DNA of 63,951 nt, the filler included, from Fonticula-like sp. SCN 57-25 (Eukaryota), in NCBI GenBank assembly GCA_001724245.1. It is 4 parts of 4 records of this genome, joined end to end, with 100 filler letters (N's around TTAATTAATTAA, not from the genome) between each part and the next. Parts side by side here need not be neighbours in the genome. Positions count along the whole stretch, not along the records: positions 16,323 to 32,505 come from MEDX01000126.1; positions 32,606 to 49,646 come from MEDX01000127.1; 2 more parts are not named here. One strand, 5' to 3'. The position numbers and the translations under genes were made by a program. Positions 24,580 to 36,054 of the stretch are shown piece by piece. The notes under the pieces are model-generated. The model saw only the letters and a list, made by a program, of their open reading frames with translations, was not told the DNA's origin and searched no databases. How positions within the stretch are numbered: position 1 is the stretch's first letter; the number at the start of each line of letters is the position of its first letter.

Positions 24580-24709
24580 TTTGTTTTTTACAATTCCTAG
24601 CAAATAGTACTTGGACGCCGTGTTATTTTTCAAAAATGGTTTATTATTACACAAAAAAAGTTATTATTCGCTTGAGGGGGGAGTCCTTTTTTTTTCACTC
24701 TCACTCTCT

Positions 24710-27700
24710 TTAAATCAGGCCTGACTTGACTTGAACGACAACGTTCTCTTCGGGGAAGCGCGTCTTTCTACCGTTCCAAACAGCGTTGGCTTGAGAACAG
24801 TTTTGAGAGATGAGACCACCGGGACCGGTACCGTCGATTCTGACCCATTGGTTCTCTTGGCCGATGGCAAAGTGAGGACCTCTGCACACGGTAAGGGCGA
24901 CAGCGTTGGGTGCTCGGGTAAAGTCGTTCATGAAAGTGCTCTCGACGTCCTGAGCGGCAGTGATAACAGGGTTGTAGATGCGTCTGTAAAAATCGCCCAT
25001 GGAGAAGGGCTTGATGGCATCGTAACTTCTGTTGTAAGTCTGAGAGTACTCGGTGGCGAGATCGCTATTGTCCCATCGGAAAGCTTCGGGCAAACGTTCG
25101 CTGAGGGGCTTGACCATGACGACGATCGAGTTTCTTGCACCGATCGGCTTGTTGCCGTCTCTGCTCAACTTGAAGAAGCGAGTGTCGAGACCACCCACGT
25201 AACCGCTCGGGGCAACGTTCTTCAACACGATAATGTTCTCCGAGTTGACAACCATGGGAGCAAAGTTGAGGTAACTGCAGAACGAAACTTCTCTGTGCAA
25301 GTTGTTGGTGTTGATGGTCACGTAGGGCTCGTCGGTGAGCGTCTTGACGGCACGACCACCGGAGGCGATCAAAATCATGGACAATGACTTGTAAGTGATC
25401 CAAGGACGCACGTAGACCATGTCGAACGGAGGGATCAAACCGTAACGCATAATGTTGGAAACGGCATTGACGTGCATGGGAGTGAACATGAAGCAGTAAG
25501 CGGCGAATCGGAGGAAAGGATCGGAAGTAGACATGGGCAACTCGACGAGTCTGTACTTCCAGGGGCCTCTGAAGTGCTTGTTGACGTCCGGTTGGAACAT
25601 TTGCTCGGGAACGGCTTTACCGGCAGGACCTTCGTCGTCCTCGAACGGGTAGAAGCGAGTGCTTCCGAACAAGGGTCCAGTGTTCTTGGATCCGTTCTTG
25701 GGTCGTCTGTCGTAAGAGAAATCTTCTTGATCGTAGAGATCGTTGGAACGACTCATGCTACCGGCACCGGCTCTGGTCGAGACCATTTTACCGGAATTGT
25801 GAATGGCGGAAATGGCGCGAGGGAAGTAAGAGTTCTTGATGGTGTGGAGGTGCTTGGCCTTGTTTCTATCAAAGTAGTCACTGATGGTTGCCATGGAAGG
25901 ATGCTTGGCGAGAGCGTCGGTCACGGGCAACTTGAAAGGAACGAGCAAGTCGAAGAAAGGATCGGCGGGGAGAGCCTTGGGCATACGACTGGGGATGGTG
26001 TTGATGAAATGAGGACTGCAGCTCAGGGGTGTTCTGAACCATTCGGCTCTGGCATAGGTTTTGGGATCGGTAAAATTGATGACAATCTTGTCGTTTTGAA
26101 GCAATTCAGGAACGTCGATGGATGTTTCCTGCACGCTCTTAAGATCGTAGATGCGAGCAGCGCGCTGTTTGGCGCTGTCCAAACGAGCGACGATCGATGA
26201 CCAGAATTCCTTAGCATCGTCTGGGGCATCGGCGAGGTTCTGTCTCGCTTGAGCCTCGGTGGTAACGCCAGCGTCCAACATTTTTTGGTAAATCTTGGAA
26301 AGGTCGGAGACGACGGCTTCGTAACTAACCTTGGCGTCGTCAGAAGACAACATTTCGCGCAGGCTTTCGGTGGCACCGACGAGAGTGTCGCTGGCTTCGG
26401 CCTTGACGGCTTGGGAAACGGCCTCAAATGCGGCAGCGTCGGACTTGATAGCGGCGATCAAGGCATTTCTCTTTTCGAGAGTCGTGCGAATGCTAATCTC
26501 GTCAATCTTGCCGGGTTTGCCAAAGTAGACGACCAGCGTGGACAAGACCCAAGAGAACCACTTGGTGTTGCTTTCGTTACCGGCGGGGAACAATTGCTTG
26601 ATACCGTCGGAGCTGGCGAGAACGGTCAAATTCTTGACCAAGTTGGCGTACTTCTTTCCCTTGTCTGCCGTGTCAATGTCGTTGTATCCGAGAGTGACCA
26701 AGGCCTTTCTGGCGGCGGGAGTCAAGGCTCTGTTGAAGACGACCGAAGACGCGATAGGACCCAATGTAGCACTATCGGTACCCAACAAAGCGAGGGGCAC
26801 TTCGATCAATTTGCCAGTTTCGTCTCTGATTTGAACGGAGGCAACGGGGTTGCTGAGGGCGGCTGCGGATTTAAAATCGAAGCTCATGATGACGTCGGTC
26901 TCGCCTTCATTTTCTGGTACTCTGACGGGTCTACCTCCGGCGTTAGACACTTTAGGAGCGTCGGCAGGAGGAGGAACGGGCAAGAACAAGGGCAATCTGT
27001 GGGGCAAGATGGCGTCGAACAAGCATTGAACCATGTTGTATTGATGGGCGTTCACAGGGCGAGTCAACGGGTCGAAAATCTTGCTGTCCAACCAAATGTC
27101 TTGAGACTTCTCCATGAGGATACGGTTGGCATCCATGATGGGACCGACACGGTCGGCAATAGCCTTGTAAGGAGAGTTGACCTTGGATCGCTCGGCGGCG
27201 ATAGTGTCCCAAGCGTTGGCGTCCAAGAAACACAAGGGTGTAATGTTTTCCATGTCGCTGGTCACGGGCGGCAAGTCGAGACTTCCGTATTGGTTAGTCT
27301 TGAATTGAACGATGCGTTCAGTCTTCTTGGCGGCGGCGAGATCCTCGGGGGTCAATTCACCGTCGACGACGTAGCTCACACCATCTTCGGTGACGACCTT
27401 GGTAAGAATCTTCTTAATGTTGTGCTTGATGAGCGCTTCCATCCATCTGTCGTTGTAAGGTTGAGCTTCCATGTCTCTGACAATGTTGATGAATTGGTTG
27501 AGCAACTTGGTGGGTGATACACCAGTTTCCTTTGCCAACAACTCGGCGGCAGTCTTGGCGTGAGCGAGGACTGCACCGTTGCTGAGGTGGTATCTCTCTG
27601 CGTCACCATTGTAGGTGGGAGTGAAATAGCGCGATTGTCCGGGAGTGTCGTCCCAAACGGCAAAGATGGGTTGAGTACGAGGACCTCTCTCGTTGTTGTC

Positions 27701-29076
27701 GTCGGGGCTCTCGGAAAAGTCAATGTAGCCCATATCGGTGAGGTTTTGAGCCTCGTATTCGCCTCTGTCGGCATCGGAGTGACCGCGAGGCTCGCCAACG
27801 CCTCTTTGGTTCATTCTGGAAACGTAGTTTTTGACTTCGTCGCTCCAGTAAGAGTTTGGTACGTTAGGGTTGGGGTTGGGGTTGAAGAGACCCGATTCTC
27901 TGACGGCGAGACTGTCGTCGATGGGTACGTATTGTGCGGCGGGGAAGTCGTACAAAGCGAGACGGTTGGGGCGCTTAGAGTAGACGTTCTTTCTGGGCAC
28001 GACGTCGGTAGAGTACCATTGGCCGAGAGTGACGTGGTTCTCCAACAAGTTGGTAGGTTGCGATTTGGGACCGGTTTGGTAAATCGGCAACTCGAATCTG
28101 TAGAGACCGTTTCTCATTCTGGGGACGTTCTTGGGACCGGGAATGGTAACGTCAACGTCCTTGCCGTTCTGGAAGATTCTGTAAAACGCTTCAATGTTGG
28201 GGGCTCTGTCCATGTCGGCTTGCAACAAGTACTGAGAGAAACCTTGAGGCATGATGGCACTGTCGATTTCCGGGGTGGTGTTCTTCTTGCTGGTCAAGAG
28301 GGCCATAAAGTTGTCCTCACCCTGGGCGGCAGCCATAAAGTCTTGTTGTTCCAAGAACATGATGCGTTGGGCGCTAATGTATTGGCTGACATCACCGTCG
28401 ACTTCACGGATAGTCTTGTTGTATCCCTCGGTCAACCAAGTGATAATGTTTTGAAGATCGACGACCAATCTCATGGAGACTTGGAAGTGCTTCAAGGCAC
28501 GCGCCAGAATGGCGGGGGCAAAGCGAGGGTCTCTCAAAGAGGTCATGGGTGCCATGTAGGCCAAACCGTGATTCTTTTTGGTAGCCCTGCTCAATTGTTC
28601 ATTGTCGGTGACGGCAATGGGCACAGCACCGTTGGGAACTCTGTGCATAGGCACGTAGTTACCAGAGTACTGCACAAACTCGACGACGTTGCTGTCAATG
28701 TACATGGAAGGGGAGATAAAGTTGATGAACGAAGTATTGTCGAGCAAGTTCATGACGTAGAGTTGTTCGGAGAGAATGACGTTCTTCTGTCCGGAGAGCC
28801 AGTCGGACACGTCCAACATGCTAATGTTCTCCCAACCTTGCTTGCTGAGTTGAACCTTGGGTGCGGGGCGGCCCAAGAGCTTGAAAAGCGTCTGCTTCTC
28901 TGTGGTGGTGAGAGGCGATGTGACGTTTGTCACCGCATCGTCGGGACGACCTCCGACTAAACCCTTGTAAACGGAAGACATGACTTTGTGAAGAAGTAGA
29001 CTAGTTCTTTCGTCGGAGAGGAAAGCGTCCAAAGACTAGATTGATAAAAAAACCGGTAAGTAATGCGGCGTACCAT
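24710..29076 (-). CDS. Putative mirusvirus HK97-fold major capsid protein, ~1442 aa; join(29074..29076, 24710..29035)
   Basis: N-terminal RVPNGAVP...HGLAY and C-terminal VRPWITY...MIL..SGG...NIIVLKNV...GYVGG.DTRFF blocks match my recollection of mirusvirus MCP floor motifs. Long central insertion and strong codon bias. A 38-nt intron supplies the ATG. Confidence 0.75.
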
Positions 29077-29329
29077 TGGAGAGGTCGTTACAAAAAAAAT
29101 AATTTCTAATTTCTCGGTCGAGGGGTGAAGAAGGGTAAGGTGGGTGGGGAATGACCGTCGAGGGCGGTCAAAGTTTTGAAGGGGTCGACTTACCAGGTAT
29201 CGAAAAGAAAAAACGATGTTGAAAATCTAACGCGAGCCTCCTAGATTCGAGCCGATAGTTTAAAAAAAAAGAAATTATATTGCCGAATGCGAAAAAAAAG
29301 GGCCGGTTTATTGTCCCACTTTCTCCCTA

Positions 29330-29581
29330 TTACATGGTACTACACCAGCAGGGTTTCTGGTTATCTTCCGACGAGTGCTCAACCACCACGGTGCGCATAG
29401 AGACATCGACGATCGTAGCATTTTGTACCGGCATGGTAATTCGGGGTGGTTGGGCCAAGGGTTGTGGTGTGAGCGCTTGTTCTGCTTTCGTGTAGCGCTT
29501 TGGTGGTTCTTTTACGTCAAATCCATCCTTGCCGCTCATGTGCGTGAACATTTGCGGGTAAATCTTCCTGCGTGTTGACAT
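29330..29581 (-). CDS. Small viral protein ending in a CaaX motif (CWCSTM)
   Basis: 83-aa ORF; AATAAA just downstream on the minus strand. Confidence 0.6.
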   Translation of the reverse strand: MSTRRKIYPQMFTHMSGKDGFDVKEPPKRYTKAEQALTPQPLAQPPRITMPVQNATIVDVSMRTVVVEHSSEDNQKPCWCSTM

Positions 29582-29737
29582 GTTTGTTCGTCGATCGAAA
29601 TGACGAGTTTAAATTTTTGAACGACGTTTTTTGTTGCTGACGTAGTTTTTTTTTTAAACAAAAAATAAACGATTTGTTTCAAACCGGGGTTCACGCCGTT
29701 CATAAAATAAAAACACACACCGCCCTTACTGGAGACG

Positions 29738-30529
29738 ATGCATTACTATCAGAGACCCCTGGTGGTGTTGTTATTGTCCTTTGCTCTTATTGGAGTCGCT
29801 CGTTGTGAAAAATACTTCAACCCCAGTAAATCGGAGACTTGTCTTTTGGTTCATGCCATCAAGGTGTGTTCTGCCGATCCTTATTGCTCGTTCATTTACG
29901 AGATGGACGAGATTGTCAAGGACCAGTTGAGAGGGTTTGTAGACAATTTTTACAACGACGAGAAGCAAGAAATTATATACGAAATGGAAATACACCCAGG
30001 AAACGACACAGATTTCCTTTTGGAACGTATAGGCAACATATCCAAGGAAGAAGGAGAGTACGTAAGCTCGGACAATAGTTTCTTGTCCTTTGGTGGCATC
30101 GTAAACGACATTAAAATGATCTTGGAGTATGACACGTACGACAAAATCAAACGCCTGGCAACGCTCGCGTTCTACTACGACATTTTGGACGGTTTCAACG
30201 TTACCCACCCGTCCTTGGCAAACGACCCCACGGTCGACTTGTTCACGTTAAACATGTTGCTCAAACTCAAGGTCTTGGACTCGAGAGGTTTCTCTTGCCA
30301 AGACAGCAGCCAGATCCCCACTTTCATCGAGGAAGAGAACAAAGTAGCTTGTTTGGAGTACAACCTCAGAGGGAATCAGTACAGAGAAAAGGCCAAGAGA
30401 CTGTCCACCACGGTCAATGGCAGCTGTGAAAGCAACGACGTGGACATGATCATTGCTCTGCTCGTGATTATATTAGTGGGTGTACTCATCGTCATATCGA
30501 TGCTCACTTGGATCTTCATAAAGATATAG
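29738..30529 (+). CDS. Type I membrane glycoprotein (viral)
   Basis: Signal peptide, Cys-containing ectodomain with NDT/NIS/NVT/NGS sequons, C-terminal TM, AATAAA after the stop. Confidence 0.75.
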   Translation: MHYYQRPLVVLLLSFALIGVARCEKYFNPSKSETCLLVHAIKVCSADPYCSFIYEMDEIVKDQLRGFVDNFYNDEKQEIIYEMEIHPGNDTDFLLERIGNISKEEGEYVSSDNSFLSFGGIVNDIKMILEYDTYDKIKRLATLAFYYDILDGFNVTHPSLANDPTVDLFTLNMLLKLKVLDSRGFSCQDSSQIPTFIEEENKVACLEYNLRGNQYREKAKRLSTTVNGSCESNDVDMIIALLVIILVGVLIVISMLTWIFIKI

Positions 30530-30567
30530 TTCAAGAAAATAAAGTACTGTTTATTAATTCGCATGGG

Positions 30568-32505
30568 TTAAGATTTGGTATTAAATCGCTTTCGCATCAT
30601 CGTAGCCAAATCGTTCTTCGCTTGGGGGTTGGCAGGCGGATTGGCGTGGTCTACATCACCACCAAAATATCCGCCGGTATTGGTGTTATTGTTGTTGGTG
30701 TTGTTATTGGTGATGGGGGTCGTCTCTCCAGATGGCACTTCGTAGTTTGCCGAAAATACTTTGCGTTGCATTTCGGCTTCCTTCATCTGAGCGTTGTTTT
30801 GGTAAGCGTCCACGGAGAACACGGTGACACCCTTGGAACCCAAGCGTCTCGTCTTGGAGTTACCGATGCTGGTGAGCTCGATCGAAATCTTATCGACGTT
30901 TGTGCGATTGGAGTTGAGGTTCTTTTGGGCTGAGTCATTTCTCGTAGAATCTGGTCTGGAAGTCTTAATACCCTTCATGAACACGTCGGCGACCTCTTTG
31001 TTGAGGGTGTGAGAAAGGTGTTCCATGGACCTCTTTTCGGCGTCCTCTGCGGACACGTTTTCGAGCGAAATTTGATCCAGACCGTCAATTTCATCCCGAG
31101 TCATTATTCCACCGCTAATATTGTCGTTGAACTGCCTGTTGTCGGGCATCGAAGGAACGCCCTTCATCAATTGCATGGCAACGGGATTGTTGGGGTCGAG
31201 CTCGCTAGAACCGACGCCGACGCTCGCGTCGTTCATCAAGTGCGGTAATATCTCCATCATATCCTCCGCAGAATCGATGGCCTTGACGGGGTCGTTCGAG
31301 TTACAATCGGTCTCGATCCACGACATGACTCTGTTGAGAGTTTCCTCGGAGTGGGGCTTGAGTTCAGGAACGAACGCACCGCTGGTTTCGTCTACCTGCA
31401 TCTTGCTTCTGTTCATCTTGTCGGACGACGCGAACAACTTCTTGAACAGATCGATACGCTCTTTGACTACTTCCACATCGTCTTCGTTGCGCTTGGGATC
31501 GAAGACGTGCAACAATAGCGCTCTGTAAAACTCTGAAGTGATGAAACTCTTGGGGTAGTGAAGAGGGTTTTCTTTGGCCGCTCTCGCCACGACGGGGAAA
31601 TCTCTGTTCACGAGCGAAACCACAAACTTCTTGGTCACGGGCGGTAACGCGACGATGGCGCGCGTGTCCAAAGCGGGGACCAGGTTCAACTTGCAGTTGG
31701 TTTCGTAGGCCTTGCAATCAAAGTCTTCGGTGTGCATCACCAATACGTCCATCTTGTTGTTCATATGTTGGTTGACGATGGGCTTGCCTCCGTACATGAG
31801 CGCCGCGTTGGCAGAGCTGATGATTCTGTTTCTGACCTGGAAAGTGATTCGATCCGATCGACCAAAGTACTTGACAGGTGAAATACGCCACATGTTGGCA
31901 GTAACGTTCTCGGTGTACTCCTTGTCTTGCTTCTTCTTTAGGATGCTGTAGGTGATCGTCTTTCCTTCGGCACCGGTGATAAAAGGTTGTTCGAGAAGTT
32001 CCTTTTCGGTAATTTTAAGGTCATTGAGCACTTGGGTAATCTGAGAACTGTAAACTTGGAAACTCTTGTCACCAAATACTCGCTCCAGAGCGTAGGACAT
32101 GGTGTCGTTCTTGGAGTTGAATTCGGTTCGAATCTTCTTGAGCGCTTCAATGTTGAATGCGATAAACTTGCCACCACCGTGAACGTTTTCACCCTTGATC
32201 ATCAAGTCGACTTTGGACCTGCGTTTCGTTCCATTGGGTGTCTTTCGCTTCTTTTGAACGTCCTTTTGATCGGGTTCGTCGCGTTGTCTTTTTTTGGCAG
32301 AGGAAGATCCAGTGGTATTGTTGTTGTTGTTGTTGCTGTCGTTGGTAGCGCTCTTACCAATAGAAGCCATGGCAAACCTTTGCATCATTTTGGTGAGATT
32401 GTTGGCCTTGTCGTTGTCAGCATCCTTCACCGCGCTCAAAATCTTGCTGACGACCTTCTTTTGTTCGCGCTTGTCTTCCAGGTCCATGTCGTCACCTTCG
32501 TCGCT
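30568..32505 (-). CDS. Large hypothetical viral protein (>=639 aa, possibly 5' truncated)
   Basis: Frame is open to the contig end. Asn-rich tracts, basic NLS-like KKRQR/KKRK, codon bias like the MCP. Confidence 0.75.
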   Translation of the reverse strand, partial: SDEGDDMDLEDKREQKKVVSKILSAVKDADNDKANNLTKMMQRFAMASIGKSATNDSNNNNNNTTGSSSAKKRQRDEPDQKDVQKKRKTPNGTKRRSKVDLMIKGENVHGGGKFIAFNIEALKKIRTEFNSKNDTMSYALERVFGDKSFQVYSSQITQVLNDLKITEKELLEQPFITGAEGKTITYSILKKKQDKEYTENVTANMWRISPVKYFGRSDRITFQVRNRIISSANAALMYGGKPIVNQHMNNKMDVLVMHTEDFDCKAYETNCKLNLVPALDTRAIVALPPVTKKFVVSLVNRDFPVVARAAKENPLHYPKSFITSEFYRALLLHVFDPKRNEDDVEVVKERIDLFKKLFASSDKMNRSKMQVDETSGAFVPELKPHSEETLNRVMSWIETDCNSNDPVKAIDSAEDMMEILPHLMNDASVGVGSSELDPNNPVAMQLMKGVPSMPDNRQFNDNISGGIMTRDEIDGLDQISLENVSAEDAEKRSMEHLSHTLNKEVADVFMKGIKTSRPDSTRNDSAQKNLNSNRTNVDKISIELTSIGNSKTRRLGSKGVTVFSVDAYQNNAQMKEAEMQRKVFSANYEVPSGETTPITNNNTNNNNTNTGGYFGGDVDHANPPANPQAKNDLATMMRKRFNTKS

Positions 32506-32605
32506 NNNNNNNNNNNNNNNNNNNNNNNNNNNNNNNNNNNNNNNNNNNNTTAATTAATTAANNNNNNNNNNNNNNNNNNNNNNNNNNNNNNNNNNNNNNN
32601 NNNNN
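32506..32605. other. Artificial contig spacer
   Basis: N44-TTAATTAATTAA-N44. Confidence 0.99.
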
Positions 32606-33096
32606 CACGAACAGGCACTGAATCAGGAACGTACGTCGACTGAGCAGCAGGGGCCGCCGTGCTCTTCATGAGCAAGTCCAACTTCTTCCGCGTCATTGCG
32701 ACGTTGTACACGTTCTGATCGCCGCCGTACTTGCAGAACTCGGCCACCGTGAGATCCCGGATGGCCGATGGCGTCTTTTGGCATTCCATCATGAGCTTGT
32801 CAGTGAGCAGGGTCACCTTGAGCTTTGCCATCTCGCGCATGGAGGCAATGCGGCGCGCGGCTGAATGAACCGCAGGAAAGAAAGAAAAGAGAGGAAGGGG
32901 ACATCTGAGCATGGATTCTCAAAAAGCATGTCACCAGCGTACCTTCAATGTCGAGCGACTCGATCAGTTGGCGCACCTTGCGCGCATCCACTGCGGTCTT
33001 CCGTGAAATCCCGGCTTCAGCATCAGACGAGAACGAGGAAAGGCCTCCCGCCACCGGGCCGAGAGGCTGAAACGTCGCATGCGCAGCAACCGCCAT
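32606..33096 (-). CDS. Borealin/Nbl1 N-terminal domain protein (spliced, 3' truncated)
   Basis: LIESLDIE|...RRIASMRE...TPSAIRDLTVAEFCKYGG pattern. Paired CCAAT boxes upstream. Confidence 0.6.
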
Positions 33097-33427
33097 GGTT
33101 GAGACGGGCGGGCAAGTGTGACCGTTACGAAATCGACAACGTCAAAATAAAACGGACAGATCACGTGACTACTGATCTCCAATCTGATTGGTGCCTTTCT
33201 GAAGACGCTGATTGGTCGAATGGATTAAAGTGTTGGTGAGTGCCAGGGCAGAGGGATGGCTTGGAAAATGCGCAGTGCATAAATATGAACTACTACGTCA
33301 TGCTAAACACACCTAAGTAGTCAAATTCGCCATGAGTAGCTTACGTGTAAAATAATATGATGGCACGTAGATGAGATCGAGACACGTTAAAACATCAATT
33401 TATGTACAAGTTAATGCATTTGACTTT

Positions 33428-35978
33428 CTAAAGCGGTAGATCCTGCGTCTTGCGCAGACTGACAACCACCGTAAACACCATTGCAAACAACGGCAACGCG
33501 ATGACCCACTGTACCGCAAAAATGAGGACAAGAGCATCACAAAAAGGGCGTCGCACCTTGAGCAAGCGGTAAAAGTACACGTGCACGGCGATTGGGAGCG
33601 CGTCCCCTACGCGCTCGTGCAGCTCATTGGTCACCTCGACGGTGAGAACGGTCGGCCATACGAGATAGTCTGGCGACGGAATGTTGACTCTGTGTACCCC
33701 TGCCTCCCGCACGGTCATCTCGCTCAGCAGCACCGTCCCGCCCAACAAGAACTATCCACGTCATCAGTACAACTTCAAAATTCCAAATAAAAGCGCACCC
33801 TGACGCGGTAGCTTGCATAGTACTCTGGCATGTCGCGCACGCGTCTCTTGTCGATAATCTCAAACTCGACGGGAAAATGCCTTCCAGTGACGTGCATCAT
33901 CTTGCGCGACGCATCGCTCACCTGCACGCCAAAGTAGGTCGGCCCGTACGGGACGGGCGACACGAACGCCGGCAGCGACGCGAGGATCGGCGTGAACGGC
34001 GTCTCGGTGCCGATGCAGTACACGTTGCCCGACATGGTCGCCACGATCAGGTCCAGCATGCCGTTCGCGTCGACGTCATCAACAACGACGCGCGCGGTCA
34101 CTTTTTCGCCAAGGTCGATGCTCTCGATGCACGTGGCGGCGGGGTCGACGACAAACAGGTGGCCGTCCTCGCCGGGCACAATTATGGACAGCGGCGCGTC
34201 AGGCCTACGAGCAGCAGTTAATTAAACAAAATTAAAAAAATTATATGGGCGTACGCTAGCTGGACGAGCGTCGTCGGCGCCACCACTTCGGAAGGGAGCA
34301 GGATAGGGAACCCTGGCAGCGCCATACCCGTGTCGCCCGACACGACGTAGAGCGCCTTGGCGGTCGTCGCAAAGGCAATGTCGACGATGCCGTCGCCGTT
34401 CACGTCGCCGATCGAAAGCGACTCTGGCGGCGACCCGGCAAAGCGCGTCTCCCAGATTTCGACGCCCGCAAGGTCAAATGCGACAAGGTTGCCCGAGCGG
34501 TCCGCCACCACAACCGCCTGCGTCCCTATCAAAACAGTCAGCAAATAAGCGCGACAGTGGCCAAGGCGCGCACCCTTTTGCTCGGCGTCGATCAGCACGG
34601 GCTGCGTGACGACCTGGTCCAGGAGGATCGGGAAGCCGTCCAGCACGGTGCCCTCAAGGTCAAACGCGTACACGTAGCCGACCATGGTGCCAATGAGAAT
34701 GTCGGGGCGGCCGTCGCGGTCCACGTCGCCAATGGTCGGGCTCGAGAGCGCGTACGCGCGGTACTCGGACCGATCGGTCGTCATGTCAAGCTCTGTGCGA
34801 GCGGTGAGAAAAAGGAACGACATTAATAGGACGTACGCTTGGAGAGGCGGATGGACTGCGTGCGCGTGTCGTACACAATGACGCCGCTGATGACGTACAT
34901 GGAAAGGTCAATGTGTTTGCCCTTGGAGTCGGCGCGCTGCTCGGTGCTGTACTTTGACCTGACGAAACAATAAGCATGCGCGGCAAGAGAATGGACCGCG
35001 CGTACCGGTCAAAGTAGTACGTCACGGGAAAGACAACTTCGGGAAAGCCGTCGCCGTCGAGGTCCGCGACGACCGGCGTCGCGAGGACGTGAGGGTCGAC
35101 GTTAATGAAGCCGTTGTCGGAAAGACGGTCGGACAGCGAAAGCGGCTGAAAAAATATCAGTTCGGTTAATATCAAGGGATCGAAACGTACCTCGTCATAA
35201 TAGTAGCCGTCATCCTAGCAATAAACAAATTTAGTACGCGGAATGGAAGAGATCAGCATGGCGTACGGGATCGACCGAGCGCATGCTCCTGTTGGTCATT
35301 GTGTCGGCCATGTTGAATGTGGCAGTCAAAAGGGAACTATCGAGCCCCTCGTACCAGTCCTTCATCACAGGAAGGTCGGGAAGACGCATGGAGCGGCCAG
35401 GCTGAAGCTGACCGCGCAAGCTAGCATTTTATGTTAGCATTGGGCAGAAGAAGCGTATCAATGGCGCACTCAAAGACAAAGACAGTTCCATCCTTGCTCA
35501 CGGCAACAATGTCGAGCGTCTTGTCGGCGTCCCAGTCAACCCAAATGGGGCTCGAGACAAACTCTTGATCGTCAAAGGCGAACGGCCATCCCGGCGACGG
35601 ATGCCCGTCCTCGCCGTCGAGCACGTCAATGTACTGATGGTACGACGCCGTCATGACGTGCTTGCCGTCACGCTCGGGATCGGGAACAACAACAGGAGTG
35701 GCAATGACTCCAGAGCCAACGTCATTGGCCCACAGCATATGCACGTCAAAGTGGCAGCCGCCCGATTCGCTCGCCCTGTTAATAGCGTCAGTCATGCTAC
35801 ATCGAGGGTGGGAGACGCACGATGTCGAGCCGCCGGCACTCTCTGGCGCCCTTCCGCGGTACTTGCTTTCGTTCGCAAGCGTCGTGTTCACGACGGATAT
35901 CCCATGCGACATGAGACGCCACGAACCCTCTTGGGCCAGCGCGAGCGCGAGCAGCGCGCACAGCACGACCACCCTCAT
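33428..35978 (-). CDS. DEX1-like FG-GAP repeat membrane protein (spliced)
   Basis: Signal peptide, VDPHVLATPVVADLDGDG, multiple DxDxDG repeats, C-terminal TM and DLPL tail as in DEFECTIVE IN EXINE FORMATION 1. Confidence 0.85.
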
Positions 35979-36054
35979 TCGCCGGTGTGCCTGCCGCGCA
36001 GAAAACGCTTAATCAGTCGAGATCAGTCAGCAAATCAGCAAATCAGTCAGCGAA

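Larger units (their letters stand above)
16323..32505. other. Large eukaryotic DNA virus contig, probably Mirusviricota
   Basis: Mirusvirus-like capsid protein, dense orphan genes, AATAAA next to stop codons, spliceosomal introns and an F-box-like gene. Confidence 0.8.

Noticed and set aside
24710-29032. Nucleocytoviricota double-jelly-roll capsid or RNA polymerase subunit
   Set aside because: No recognisable DJR motifs and no NADFDGD or other polymerase signatures.
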